Assembly: GCA_018238545.1 (NCBI GenBank)
Contig: JABCTC010000008.1
Coordinates: 1 to 64,000, forward strand
Origin: Candidatus Heimdallarchaeota archaeon
Lineage (GTDB): Archaea; Asgardarchaeota; Heimdallarchaeia; Heimdallarchaeales; Heimdallarchaeaceae
Direction: 5' to 3'
Length of the DNA stretch: 64,000 nt
Made by a program: the position numbers and the translations under genes. Positions within the stretch are counted from its first letter, which is position 1. Each line of letters begins with the position of its first letter. The notes below the pieces were generated by a model. It had not been told where the DNA came from and did no database searches. It saw only the letters and a list, made by a program, of their open reading frames with translations. Positions 1-9,911 of this stretch are shown here, in pieces.

Positions 1-972
1 CATTAACAATTTTATGGGTAATCTTCCTTTCTTTTTTCTTTTAAATGGTAATGGAACAACTTTTGCTACTGGGAGACCTTTAACTAACTGAGGGACACTC
101 TGCATGAAGTGGTCAAAGAGTGTGAAAACAATTATCAACCTGACAGCTGAAAAGAGTTTTCGGGAAGGCTTCCCAAGAGTTTTTGCTAGTTGTTCTGCTA
201 GTGTTTTGAGACTTTTCCAACGAGAAAGTTGAGGGCTGTTGGTCCACGAAGTGAGAAAGGGGACAACGACAGCTTGTTCGTTCTTCAATAGTTTAAGTTT
301 GGCTAGAAAGGCTTGTTGCCTCTTAGTCACTTGGGGAGTAGTAGCAAAAGCATTGTTGTAAAAGAACAGTGCGTCATCTATCGCTTGTACTATCTCTTGT
401 TGTGTTGTAGAGGTAAGGAGAGAGTTGTAATGAAAGTTATTAGAGGTATACGTTTTGTTTTCTCTCTTTCTCCAATATCCATCTGCTTGTTGTCTAGCGC
501 TGGTTAAGAGATTGATAACGTACCTTCTTTTCAGTTTCCAATAGTTCCCTAAACTGCTTTCAGTATACGGTGATCTCCCAAAAATCATCCATTCTACAAG
601 TTGTTGAGGATTTTTCAAGAGAAAGTTTAGTAAAGCCTGTACTTTCTGTTCCTTCTCTCTTTTTCCTTTGATTGCTATATGCAACCAATGGAAAGCACTT
701 TCTGCAATATTAGGACTCTTCCCCACTTCTTTACATAATTGACGGGTGAAGAACCCTTCCTTAGGATTGGATTTGTATAATGTTTCTGCTTTCTTTACAA
801 TTTGTGGAGAAAGGAGGAGCAGTTGTTGTTCTTCTAGCTTTCTTATCCTTCGGTTGATTTCTTCTCGTTGGTGCTGGTCTACACATTTTAGGGCAACCTG
901 ATAGCTTCGCATCACCGTCTTTGAGTGAGGGTTGACAGCTACTTGTACTTTCTTTGTTGCTTGTGAGACCAT
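1..972 (-). CDS. N-terminal 324 aa of a large TnpB-like protein (partial; not in ORF track)
   Basis: Hand translation from ATG 972 (or GTG 981): MVSQATKKVQVAVNPHSKTVMRSYQVALK...VVPLPFKRKKKGRLPIKLLM, open to base 1; directly downstream of IS607 tnpA; no RuvC motif in the visible part. Confidence 0.7.
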   Translation of the reverse strand, partial: MVSQATKKVQVAVNPHSKTVMRSYQVALKCVDQHQREEINRRIRKLEEQQLLLLSPQIVKKAETLYKSNPKEGFFTRQLCKEVGKSPNIAESAFHWLHIAIKGKREKEQKVQALLNFLLKNPQQLVEWMIFGRSPYTESSLGNYWKLKRRYVINLLTSARQQADGYWRKRENKTYTSNNFHYNSLLTSTTQQEIVQAIDDALFFYNNAFATTPQVTKRQQAFLAKLKLLKNEQAVVVPFLTSWTNSPQLSRWKSLKTLAEQLAKTLGKPSRKLFSAVRLIIVFTLFDHFMQSVPQLVKGLPVAKVVPLPFKRKKKGRLPIKLLM

Positions 973-1020
973 CGTCTTCACCTACTTATCCACAGAATGG
1001 TATATAAACGCGAAGAAAAG

Positions 1021-1611
1021 TCAGTTAGGAGGAGCTTTCCCTCTCCTTTGTCTATGTAATCTTCCCGCAAAGGAGGTTATCAAGGCGATCATATCTCCTA
1101 CCAATCGTTCCTCCTTCGAAGTACTTTGTTGATTATGCATAACTACGATGCTTGTTGAAAATGCTTGACAGTAGTGACTGATTACTTTTGTTCCAAACCT
1201 TGCCAGTCTATCTTCATAGGTACAGATAACGGCAAAAGGGCTAGTTGTTGCCACTTCATTCAATAGTCTCTGTAACCCTTTTCGTTGTTCGTTCATCCCT
1301 GAAGCAATATCAGCAAATATTTTCTCCATCTTCCACCCTTTCTGTTTGGCAAACTTTTGCAGTTTTTCTTTCTGGTTCTGTAATTCTTTTCGTTGCTTCG
1401 CTGCACTTACTCTCGCATATCCAAGCACTATTCTCTTTTGTTTCCTCCCCCTTCTCTCTTTTTCTCCTTTCATCGCTTGCACAAGTTTATATCTTCTATG
1501 TCCTCCCCTTGTTCTTCGCTCTGGTAAGTACTTCTCTTCCTTTTCCCATCGTCTTAACGTACTAGCTGACACTCCTTGTAACTTTGCTGCTATCCCTATT
1601 CTCACTAACAT
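1021..1611 (-). CDS. tnpA: IS607-family serine recombinase TnpA (MerR-like HTH + resolvase domain)
   Basis: GVSASTLRRWEKE..RTRGGHRRY HTH; GYARVS catalytic Ser; DIASG; YEDRLARFG; ITSFAGRLH. Confidence 0.95.
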   Translation of the reverse strand: MLVRIGIAAKLQGVSASTLRRWEKEEKYLPERRTRGGHRRYKLVQAMKGEKERRGRKQKRIVLGYARVSAAKQRKELQNQKEKLQKFAKQKGWKMEKIFADIASGMNEQRKGLQRLLNEVATTSPFAVICTYEDRLARFGTKVISHYCQAFSTSIVVMHNQQSTSKEERLVGDMIALITSFAGRLHRQRRGKAPPN

Positions 1612-1868
1612 ATACTCTCTTTATTATTTTTGCTCAAAATTATTCCCCTCCTTCCCCCTCATAACAAGATTGGGTAAGATTTTACTCATCAGTTGACTAC
1701 GGTTAATGGGATTGGTATCCTTAGAATTTTGTAAGGTTAACAAAAAAGATGGCATCCCTCTTCCCCTTACTGTATTCGAGAGATTTCTGCATCGAAATGA
1801 ATGAAACTAGTTAGTAAAGCCTTGAAATTCTGTTGTTTTGAGAGAAGATTTAAATTAAACTGGTATCG

Positions 1869-3407
1869 ATGAGAAAAAATTCTCTACTTTTAGAGATATT
1901 AAAGGTGAAATATTTGTCAAATAAAGAAGTAGTTTTAGATGAACATGATATTGAAGAAACTAATTTAGAATCTAAAAGATCAAGTAGAAAAAACGCTTGG
2001 CTGTGGTATAGCTATGACATGGCTGATACTTTCTTTTCGCAATCTGTAATAAGTTTAGCATTTACGCCATTTGTTTTATTAATGGGTGTTTCAATGGAAT
2101 GGGATTACCCAAAAGTATTCATTGTAATGTCTATTTTTATGGCAGGCTCAAATCTTTTGATTGCTTTAATGGGTCCAATCCTTGGTGCTATCTCTGACAA
2201 AGCAGGGAAAAGAAAATCTGCAGTACTTATCTCAGCAGGCATAATGGTAACTGCAACAGCATTAATCACAGTTTGGGTGAACTTCTGGTGGACATGCTTT
2301 TTGTTTGTTATAGCAAATTTCTGTTATCAAGCTGGTCGAATGTTTTATGACGCTCAAATTCCATTCATTACTGAAACAGAATCAAGAGGTTTTATGCAAG
2401 CTATAGGTGGGGCACTCGCTGCATTTGGATCAATAATTGCAATAGCTGTAAGTATAATTGTGGCCCTTCCTAGTTTGTTTGGGCCACATACTTCAGTGAG
2501 CACGGGTATCTGGGAAGTAGCAACTAACAAACTTGGTCCTATAACAGTAGAAGTTATAAACGGAAATATATGGATGCGACCGATTGATTTTGGTGGACTA
2601 AGATACTTATTTGTAATCTCATCTGTCATCATAATTTTGATTAGTATTCCTTACCTATTCCATAAAGAGGTAGAAAATCCACCTAAGGAATCTATATCAC
2701 CAAAGGAATATGTGAAATCATCACTAGTTTCCTTCAAAACATCACTTAAAGAAATTGTCTCTGACAAAAATTCTTGGTTGTTCTTCTTAGCTTGGTTCTT
2801 CATCACAGATGCAGCTAATACAACTATTCTTTACATGGTACCTGTAGTTTCAACGGTAGGTGGAGCAGCACTTACAGGAATGACAAATTACATAATTTTG
2901 GCAGGAATAATTTTCTCTGTATTCTTTGGTATCATAGTTGGAAGACTTATGAATAGGCTAGGACCTAAAAATCTGTTTATGGCTGTTGGTGGTTCATGGT
3001 TTATTGCATTGACTATCTTTATTCTAAGTGGACTGCAGATAGGGTCAGTAACTATTCCTGTTGGGTTAATATGGCTTGGTGCGATATTTATAGGTGTAGG
3101 CTTTGGTGGAATTTGGATAGTGGGGAGACAATTTATCATGGTTCTTGCTCCTCCATCAAAGTTGGCGCAATACGGTGGATTTCAAAAAATAGCCGGAAGA
3201 GTGAGTGCAATAGTATCTCCACTATTATTTGGTTTAATGATTTATGTATCACAATCGTTAGGTTTAGCCAATGCAATGCGCGTAGCTCTAGGCAGTTTAC
3301 TATTTCTCTTCACAGTAGGAGTTGTTATTGCTTCCTTTATTGTAGATCCTCATAAAAGATACTTGCAAGGAGAAAGAGCCCCCTATAAAGGGATCTATGA
3401 TAAATAG
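1869..3407 (+). CDS. MFS transporter (UMF1/Atg22-like)
   Basis: ~12 hydrophobic segments; WYSYDMA, GAISDKAGKRK and GRLMNRLGPK MFS loop motifs. Confidence 0.85.
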   Translation: MRKNSLLLEILKVKYLSNKEVVLDEHDIEETNLESKRSSRKNAWLWYSYDMADTFFSQSVISLAFTPFVLLMGVSMEWDYPKVFIVMSIFMAGSNLLIALMGPILGAISDKAGKRKSAVLISAGIMVTATALITVWVNFWWTCFLFVIANFCYQAGRMFYDAQIPFITETESRGFMQAIGGALAAFGSIIAIAVSIIVALPSLFGPHTSVSTGIWEVATNKLGPITVEVINGNIWMRPIDFGGLRYLFVISSVIIILISIPYLFHKEVENPPKESISPKEYVKSSLVSFKTSLKEIVSDKNSWLFFLAWFFITDAANTTILYMVPVVSTVGGAALTGMTNYIILAGIIFSVFFGIIVGRLMNRLGPKNLFMAVGGSWFIALTIFILSGLQIGSVTIPVGLIWLGAIFIGVGFGGIWIVGRQFIMVLAPPSKLAQYGGFQKIAGRVSAIVSPLLFGLMIYVSQSLGLANAMRVALGSLLFLFTVGVVIASFIVDPHKRYLQGERAPYKGIYDK

Positions 3408-3428
3408 ATTCAAAATTATATACAAAGC

Positions 3429-3461
3429 GGTGGAAAATTAATTCTACCCGTCTTTTTTTTT
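3429..3461 (+). terminator. Putative hairpin plus T-tract terminator after the MFS gene
   Basis: GGTGGAA-N6-TTCTACC stem followed by T9, between convergent genes. Confidence 0.45.
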
Positions 3462-3498
3462 CAAAAATGAATAAGTGTTTAATTAGACACTTCTCCAA

Positions 3499-4347
3499 TT
3501 ACTCTATCTTCTTTGGTAGTTCATTTTCTTTTAGTGTTTTTTTATGTAGATAAATAATTGCTCTAAAACTTTTTCTAACAAAACTCAAGGATTTCTGATA
3601 ATTTCTTCTTAATTCTAGAAGCTCTTCAAAAATAGGATTTCTATAATTATTTTGATTAAAAAACGAAACAGCATCCTCTGTACTAGCAGGTTTCAGTGTA
3701 TAACTAAAATAGCATGTTTGCAAACTCCATTTGATTGCTTCCATTGCGTATTTGGTGGCATCAAAATGAAGCGGATATGTTAACAAAGCACCTGTACAAA
3801 GAACAATGTTCATCCATCTGCTCTTTCTTATCTGATGTCTAGTAACTTCTGATAGACTTGCTTTACTAAGTAAATTTTCTCCCCACAGTGTTTTTGCTGA
3901 TTTTATGACACTTGCCCAAACAACATCAGTGGGTGCGAATATTTTACATAAAAACAAATTTAGGTTAAAGACACTAGAAAACTTTGCATCAAGAAAATCT
4001 TTTTTGTAACATACAAAGTGTGAGATATACATTCCTGTCATATCTTCAGCAAGTTTGTAAACTGCATCTACAATGGACGCATTTCTCTTTCTAAAAGTGT
4101 GCTTATATTCCAACTCGTTTAATTCTTTACCAATTTTGTTTTTAACCTTCTTTGCAGTGTCATCATTTATCACAAAAATCATATCAACATCCGATAAATC
4201 TTGCTGATATTCGCCTCTGATAGTACTCCCAAAAATAATTACGCTTAACAAGTCTATTTTGTTCTTCAAGAATAAACCTATTGACTCTCCGATATAATTT
4301 CTAGCTTTTGGAGTTAAATTGTTAAGTAAATCAACGCGGTTTTCCAT
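3499..4347 (-). CDS. Pol-beta-like nucleotidyltransferase domain protein
   Basis: IIFGSTIRG...SDVDMIF (hGS..DxD) motif plus helical C-terminal domain. Confidence 0.75.
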   Translation of the reverse strand: MENRVDLLNNLTPKARNYIGESIGLFLKNKIDLLSVIIFGSTIRGEYQQDLSDVDMIFVINDDTAKKVKNKIGKELNELEYKHTFRKRNASIVDAVYKLAEDMTGMYISHFVCYKKDFLDAKFSSVFNLNLFLCKIFAPTDVVWASVIKSAKTLWGENLLSKASLSEVTRHQIRKSRWMNIVLCTGALLTYPLHFDATKYAMEAIKWSLQTCYFSYTLKPASTEDAVSFFNQNNYRNPIFEELLELRRNYQKSLSFVRKSFRAIIYLHKKTLKENELPKKIE

Positions 4348-4399
4348 TACTAATAACTCTCAGTAGATCGTGTTTTGTACAATTTCTCTAAGGATAATT

Positions 4400-4783
4400 T
4401 TATACTACAATAAATAACAGTGATGTCATCATTAATAGTACAGCAATGATAAGAAGAATCTCGCTTGCTAATGTTCGCTTCTTGATGTCTGGTTTTAACT
4501 CTTTTTGACTTTCCCAGAATTTATCGATGTCTTTCCGATTTTTAATCATCCCATTTACTAAAGGCTCAATTTGTATCCCCAAACTCAATAATAGCATAAT
4601 AATTGCAGTTGAGGCAATAATCGCATATGTTAAAAACCCTATATTGTTCTCTCTTAAACCAATAGCTCCTGTAAAATCTAACGTAGTGATAATTACCCAG
4701 AATAGTAGGATGAAAATAGAAATCCTTAACCTTTCATTCGTTAGTCTTACTTCGTTTTGCATAATTTTTGATACCATTAGCAA
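4400..4783 (-). CDS. Hypothetical 3-TM membrane protein
   Basis: Three hydrophobic helices; abuts the upstream mutase gene. Confidence 0.55.
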   Translation of the reverse strand: MLMVSKIMQNEVRLTNERLRISIFILLFWVIITTLDFTGAIGLRENNIGFLTYAIIASTAIIMLLLSLGIQIEPLVNGMIKNRKDIDKFWESQKELKPDIKKRTLASEILLIIAVLLMMTSLLFIVV

Positions 4784-6217
4784 TCACTTTTTCATAATAA
4801 TATCTTCAAGTTCTTTAACGATTTGCTCTACCCATTTGAATCTTTCCGTTGTTGGTGATTCGTAGTATATCCTAATTTTTGGTTCTGTTCCTGATTTTCT
4901 TATTAATATCCATGTGCCATCGGTCAAATCATATCTAAGACCATCTATAGTTAACTCTTTTCCTTCCTGATTTTTCATTCTCTCAATTAGCTTCTCTTTA
5001 CACTCTTCAAATATTGTTAAAACATCTTCAGAATCGATCATGTAAGCTTTTCTCTCAGCAATGTGATTTGGAACGTCCCTCATGATATCAGAAACAGTGG
5101 TTTTGCGTGATGTAATCACTTTCAACAATTTCACCATGGCAAATAATCCATCTATCCAGAAACCCCAGGAAGGAAATATTGGTTTCCAAGGTTCAGCAGC
5201 GAAGATTACTTTTTCGTTTTTCTCTGTTAGTTCAGTTATTTTACCGTGAAGTTCCCCTAGATTTGTTCTAATTGTTGTCGCACCGATTTTGTCGACAGTC
5301 TTATCGATAGTCGTTGAAGAATCTATACTTACAATAATATTCCCAGGTCCTTCTTCCTCTATAGCAAATGTTGCTAATAGGGCGTTCATCCTCGAGAGTT
5401 CAACAAACTCACCAGATTCATCAATAACTGCAATTCTATCCCCATCTCCATCGAAAGCCACTCCCATAGTCTTGTTTTCTCTGCATAATTCTAACAATAT
5501 TCCTAGATTGGCGGGGCTAGGTTCAGCCAAACGACCTGGAAAATGTCCATCAATGTGTGAATTAATTGTCGTGACTTGGAAACCAAGTTTAGAAAGAATC
5601 TTAGGAGCTAAATCAGCCATAGGTCCATTAGCACAATCTAGAATGACTTTTTTGCCATCTCCATGAAACTCTACTTCTTTTATAATTCGTTTACTATATG
5701 TTTCATTAGCATCTGTTATTTTGCTCTGTGGTAGAATTTTATCCCAACTTACATAGTTGAATAATTTGTTTTTAATTGATCTTTTTTCCAATTCACTTTC
5801 TATTTTTTCTTGTTCCTCTTGGATAAATTCTCTCCCATTTCTTAATACCTTAATTCCATTGTCTTGTGGAGGGTTGTGTGATGCAGTAATATATATGGCA
5901 ATAGAGTGTTTTTCATCACAAGTTAAATTCGCAATTACAGGAAAAGTGCATAATCCTACTGAATATGCCTTTCCTCCAGCTAGTGAAATTGCAGAGCAAG
6001 CACTTTGACTTAAAGCTTCTGAAGAAGTCCTGGCATCATGTGCAACCAAAATCCCTTCACCATTGTATTGATCAACAAGTACTTGACTTAAACCAATAAC
6101 AAGTTCAGCTGTTACCTTTACGCCGTAAGGACCTCTAATACCAGCTGTACCAAAAAGCTTCATCCTCTTATTCATTAATTCTAGGGTCTCATCGCGTAAT
6201 ATAACTTTTTTCATCAA
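4784..6217 (-). CDS. Phosphohexomutase (phosphomannomutase/phosphoglucosamine mutase family)
   Basis: FGTAGIRG, TASHNP phosphoserine loop, FDGDGDR, RKSGTEPKIRIY. Confidence 0.9.
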   Translation of the reverse strand: MMKKVILRDETLELMNKRMKLFGTAGIRGPYGVKVTAELVIGLSQVLVDQYNGEGILVAHDARTSSEALSQSACSAISLAGGKAYSVGLCTFPVIANLTCDEKHSIAIYITASHNPPQDNGIKVLRNGREFIQEEQEKIESELEKRSIKNKLFNYVSWDKILPQSKITDANETYSKRIIKEVEFHGDGKKVILDCANGPMADLAPKILSKLGFQVTTINSHIDGHFPGRLAEPSPANLGILLELCRENKTMGVAFDGDGDRIAVIDESGEFVELSRMNALLATFAIEEEGPGNIIVSIDSSTTIDKTVDKIGATTIRTNLGELHGKITELTEKNEKVIFAAEPWKPIFPSWGFWIDGLFAMVKLLKVITSRKTTVSDIMRDVPNHIAERKAYMIDSEDVLTIFEECKEKLIERMKNQEGKELTIDGLRYDLTDGTWILIRKSGTEPKIRIYYESPTTERFKWVEQIVKELEDIIMKK

Positions 6218-6255
6218 CGAAGTATTCTAGTAAATTTTTCAGAAATAAACCAAGT

Positions 6256-6888
6256 TCAAATGAAATCTGTTAGTGATTTCTGCTCGCTTAGTTTGGATTT
6301 TATTGTTGATTTTTTCCCATTAGCTTTGTTATAAACTTCAACTATCTTTTGAAAGTGAGAACTATACTCTTCTATTTTATTGTAATTCCTAAGAATATAC
6401 GCTGGATGAAATGTAGCAAAGACTGAATGCCCTTCTTCCAGCGTTAAAGTACTTCCCGCAGTTTTCGTTACTTTTGCTGCTGGAAAAAAGAATTTCAACG
6501 ATATGCCACCCAGAGTGACAATTAGCTTGGGGTTCAAGATTTTTAACTGTTTAAACAACCACCTATCCCCACAAAACCTCAGTTCAGATTCCTTGGGTGT
6601 TCTATTATCTCTGTTTTCATTTGTTGGACGACATTTTACAACATTGAGAATACTCACATCTTTTCGTGAAAAACCAATACTATCTAACATTTTATCCAGT
6701 AACTTCCCCGATCTTCCAACAAAAGGCACTCCGTCCCTATCTTCATAGAACCCCGGTGCTTCTCCAATAAAACACAAGCTATTCTTAGGACCATATGCCC
6801 CTGGAACAACTTGAATCCTATTTTCTTTAAGATGGCAAGCCTCACATTTTTTAATCTCGTAGGTTAGCTCTGCAAGTTTCTCATCCAT
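6256..6888 (-). CDS. udg: Family-4 uracil-DNA glycosylase with C-terminal PIP box
   Basis: CEAC, GEAPG, PFVGRSG, VKCRP, FHPAY; C-terminal QKSLTDFI. Confidence 0.92.
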   Translation of the reverse strand: MDEKLAELTYEIKKCEACHLKENRIQVVPGAYGPKNSLCFIGEAPGFYEDRDGVPFVGRSGKLLDKMLDSIGFSRKDVSILNVVKCRPTNENRDNRTPKESELRFCGDRWLFKQLKILNPKLIVTLGGISLKFFFPAAKVTKTAGSTLTLEEGHSVFATFHPAYILRNYNKIEEYSSHFQKIVEVYNKANGKKSTIKSKLSEQKSLTDFI

Positions 6889-6953
6889 AAGATATATTCT
6901 CCTTTAATTACAACTAAAAAATAGCATTTATTAAGATATTCCCGATTAGTATT

Positions 6954-8294
6954 TTGATAAGAGTGAAAGATACAATAATTGAAGCTGATTATTTAATTAC
7001 AAGCAACCCTTCAAATTCCGTTTTGAAGGATGCAGCAATCTTAGTAGTAGATGGTGAGATTGTAGCTGTAGGCACTAAGAAGGAAATTCACAAAGATTAT
7101 TCTGCAACATCAATTATTTCTGGTGAAAACAAGATTCTTATGCCGGGATTAGTTAACACACATTCTCATAGCGTTCAAACTTTACTAAGAGGCAAAGCAG
7201 ATGATTTAGCTTTACTTGATTGGTTGGAAGAAGTCGTTATTCCTGGTGAATCAGATTTTACAGCTGATGACGTGCATACTTCTTCTTTGCTTGGTTTCGC
7301 TGAAATGATTCGAACAGGAACTACAACCGCAAACGACATGTTATCTTCTAGTAATGCAGAATCAGGGATAAATAGTGCAATTGAAACAGGTATTAGAACT
7401 AGAATAGGGCAAATGCTAATGGATGTTAACCCATCCTCACCAACTGACCGCATAGAAAGTGCAGATGAAATAATTGAAACTATAAATCAACAAATTACAA
7501 ATTTTCATTATACGCATAATGAGAGGATTAAGTATACACTAAATGCTAGGTTCTTGCTTTCTTGTTCTCCAGAGTTGATGAAAGGCATTGTTGAAACACA
7601 ACATCGATATGATGATTTAATGATTCACACACATGCTTCAGAATCACAAGCTGAATGTAAAGAAGTAGAAAAATATTACAAAACCTCTTACATCAGAGCA
7701 CTGAATGATGTGGGGGCTTTGGGTTCCGAAACAATTATTGCACATGGTATTTGGCTAGACGAGGAAGAGTACACCATAATGAAAGAAACGGATACAAGGC
7801 TTACGCATAACCCATCAAGTAATTGTAAACTAGCTTCAGGGATTTGTGACGTAAAGAAACATTTGAATCTTGGAATAATTGTAGGGCTAGGAACTGACGG
7901 TGCTCCGTGTAACAATAATCTTGACATGTTCAGAGAAATGCGTTTAGCAACCTTTCTACAGAAAGTGAAGCATTTGGATGAAAGATTGCTTCCAGCGAAA
8001 CAAGTATTGAGAATGGGTACAATAGATGGGGCAAGAGCTTTAAATTGGGACAAAGAGATTGGCTCTATTGAAAAAGGGAAAAGGGCTGATGTTATTCAAA
8101 TAGATATTGATGTTATCGATGCTATCCCAATTTATGATCCTATATCACATGTGGTATACTCTGCATCTGGTAAAGATGTGAGTATGACTATGATAGATGG
8201 AAAAATTATTTACCAAAATAACAAATTCAACACTTTTAACTTTGAAAGCTTAAAGAACAAAGCCAATCAATACAAAGAAAAGTGGTCTCATTAA
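6954..8294 (+). CDS. Amidohydrolase (MTA/SAH deaminase-like)
   Basis: PGLVNTHSH, HTHASE, HNPSSNCKLASG, LGTDG. Confidence 0.85.
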   Translation: MIRVKDTIIEADYLITSNPSNSVLKDAAILVVDGEIVAVGTKKEIHKDYSATSIISGENKILMPGLVNTHSHSVQTLLRGKADDLALLDWLEEVVIPGESDFTADDVHTSSLLGFAEMIRTGTTTANDMLSSSNAESGINSAIETGIRTRIGQMLMDVNPSSPTDRIESADEIIETINQQITNFHYTHNERIKYTLNARFLLSCSPELMKGIVETQHRYDDLMIHTHASESQAECKEVEKYYKTSYIRALNDVGALGSETIIAHGIWLDEEEYTIMKETDTRLTHNPSSNCKLASGICDVKKHLNLGIIVGLGTDGAPCNNNLDMFREMRLATFLQKVKHLDERLLPAKQVLRMGTIDGARALNWDKEIGSIEKGKRADVIQIDIDVIDAIPIYDPISHVVYSASGKDVSMTMIDGKIIYQNNKFNTFNFESLKNKANQYKEKWSH

Positions 8295-8295
8295 A

Positions 8296-9360
8296 ATGAA
8301 GGAAATTTACATTTCAATACCGGGAAGAGTTTGTCTTTTTGGTGAAGATGTAGACTATATGGGTCTAGAAGTTATCACTTTAGCAATTGATAATAGAATA
8401 AATGTATCAGGAAAAATAACAAATGACAATACTATTCGCATAAATTTAACAGATTTAGAAAAAGAGATAGAATTTGAAAATAAGAACCAGTCAATAAAAT
8501 CAAAGAAAGATTATGTTTTTTCTGCGTTTAACATGTATCAAAAATGTTTGCCTAAATCATTTGGAGCAAAAATAGAGGTTAAATCGAGTTTATCAATGGG
8601 GAAGGGACTTTCTTCTTCATCAGCTTTTTGTGCAGCATTAGTAGCATTTTTTGACAAAGCCGCAGGAGTAAATTCTTCTGATAAAGAACTTGCGAAACAA
8701 GCTTATTTTGCAGAGGTGATAAATCTGGACCAGGCTGGGGGGATGATGGATCATTTTGCAAGTGTATTGGGGGACATCATTTATCTTGAATGCAGAGGTC
8801 AATATAACTTCGAAAGATTGAATGTTAAATTAGATGGATTAATTATAGGAGATACTTTGAAGCAGAAGGAAACAATTCAAACTCTGATGGTTAGAAAGAA
8901 AGAGATAAATGAAGGAATAAATTGGATGAAAAAGATAGACCAAAATTTCAATCTACTAAATTATCCGATCGGAATAGTTAAGGAAGAATACCAAGAAAAG
9001 GAAAGTGTTGGATTAAGGAGACTACTTGGGATTATAGGAATCAGAGATGTAGTAAGAGCAGGTTATGATTTACTGAAAAATAATGGGGGAAACAAGAACC
9101 GATTTGCAGAACTACTGAACCAACATCATCATATCCAACAGGAATATCTAGAAAATGTTACAACTAGAATGCAGGAACTGATACTTTACGCTAATGATGC
9201 TGGTGCTCTGGGGTGCAAATTGATGGGGAGTGGAAATGGTGGGTCATTTTTAGCATATGCTCCAAATAGTGAAGAAGAAGTTATGAAAATAATTAATGAA
9301 CATGGCGGAGCAGCTTATTTGGTGCAACAAGATAGAGGGCTAGAAATCTCAACCAAGTAA
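8296..9360 (+). CDS. GHMP kinase (galactokinase-like)
   Basis: PGRVCLFGEDVDY, GKGLSSSSA, GCKLMGSGNGG. Confidence 0.85.
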   Translation: MKEIYISIPGRVCLFGEDVDYMGLEVITLAIDNRINVSGKITNDNTIRINLTDLEKEIEFENKNQSIKSKKDYVFSAFNMYQKCLPKSFGAKIEVKSSLSMGKGLSSSSAFCAALVAFFDKAAGVNSSDKELAKQAYFAEVINLDQAGGMMDHFASVLGDIIYLECRGQYNFERLNVKLDGLIIGDTLKQKETIQTLMVRKKEINEGINWMKKIDQNFNLLNYPIGIVKEEYQEKESVGLRRLLGIIGIRDVVRAGYDLLKNNGGNKNRFAELLNQHHHIQQEYLENVTTRMQELILYANDAGALGCKLMGSGNGGSFLAYAPNSEEEVMKIINEHGGAAYLVQQDRGLEISTK

Positions 9361-9434
9361 CTAAATTAAGTTTAGTAGGCAAAAAACTGAAAAAGAACCC
9401 CTCAATCTTTAGAGAAAAGAAGAGTTAGTTTAGA

Positions 9435-9839
9435 ATGAACGATGATTGTCTTTTCTGTAAAATTGTGAGAGGAGAAATCCCCAACAATACTCTGTATGAG
9501 GACGATGAAATCCTTGTTTTCCTTGATATTTATCCCATTGCAAGAGGACACACACTTTTCATACCAAAAAAACACATAACTGACATGTATGAACTAAAAG
9601 AGGAAAATATGGTATTTATGATGAAACTACCTAAAATAGTAAGAAAATTAAAAGAAGTTACAGGTGCAACAGGAATAAATATCATACAAAGCAACGGTGA
9701 AGATGCGGGGCAGGTAATCTTTCACATACACTTTCATCTAATTCCGCGATATCCTGATGATGGAGTGATAGAATTCCCATCAAGGATAGAGTTTGATGAA
9801 GAGCTAGCAAATGATCTAATGACTAGATTTGCAGAATAA
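9435..9839 (+). CDS. HIT family hydrolase
   Basis: DCLFCKI; HIHFHLIPR histidine triad. Confidence 0.92.
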   Translation: MNDDCLFCKIVRGEIPNNTLYEDDEILVFLDIYPIARGHTLFIPKKHITDMYELKEENMVFMMKLPKIVRKLKEVTGATGINIIQSNGEDAGQVIFHIHFHLIPRYPDDGVIEFPSRIEFDEELANDLMTRFAE

Positions 9840-9911
9840 CCAGACTTACAGAAAAATAGAGCAGAAAACTTAATAAAAATATACTAATATAAGGATGAAA
9901 AGGGGAAAATA

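Larger units (their letters stand above)
1..1704 (-). mobile_element. IS607-family insertion sequence (left end ~1704, tnpA, 5' part of tnpB-position gene; runs off window)
   Basis: Serine-recombinase TnpA followed by a co-oriented long ORF; 1541-1704 aligns without gaps to 50111-50274, and similarity stops after a shared GGTT. Confidence 0.85.

Noticed and set aside
313-1696. Plus-strand ORFs 313-507, 932-1132, 1245-1565, 1346-1696
   Set aside because: Antisense shadows of the purine-rich IS607 genes; low-complexity F/L/S products
1706-1804. 32-aa ORF beside the IS left end, possibly the tail of an interrupted gene
   Set aside because: Too short to assign; the other junction is outside the window
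3499-4347. Nucleotidyltransferase as an MNT-HEPN toxin-antitoxin or CBASS component
   Set aside because: No RxxxxH HEPN partner or defence effector nearby
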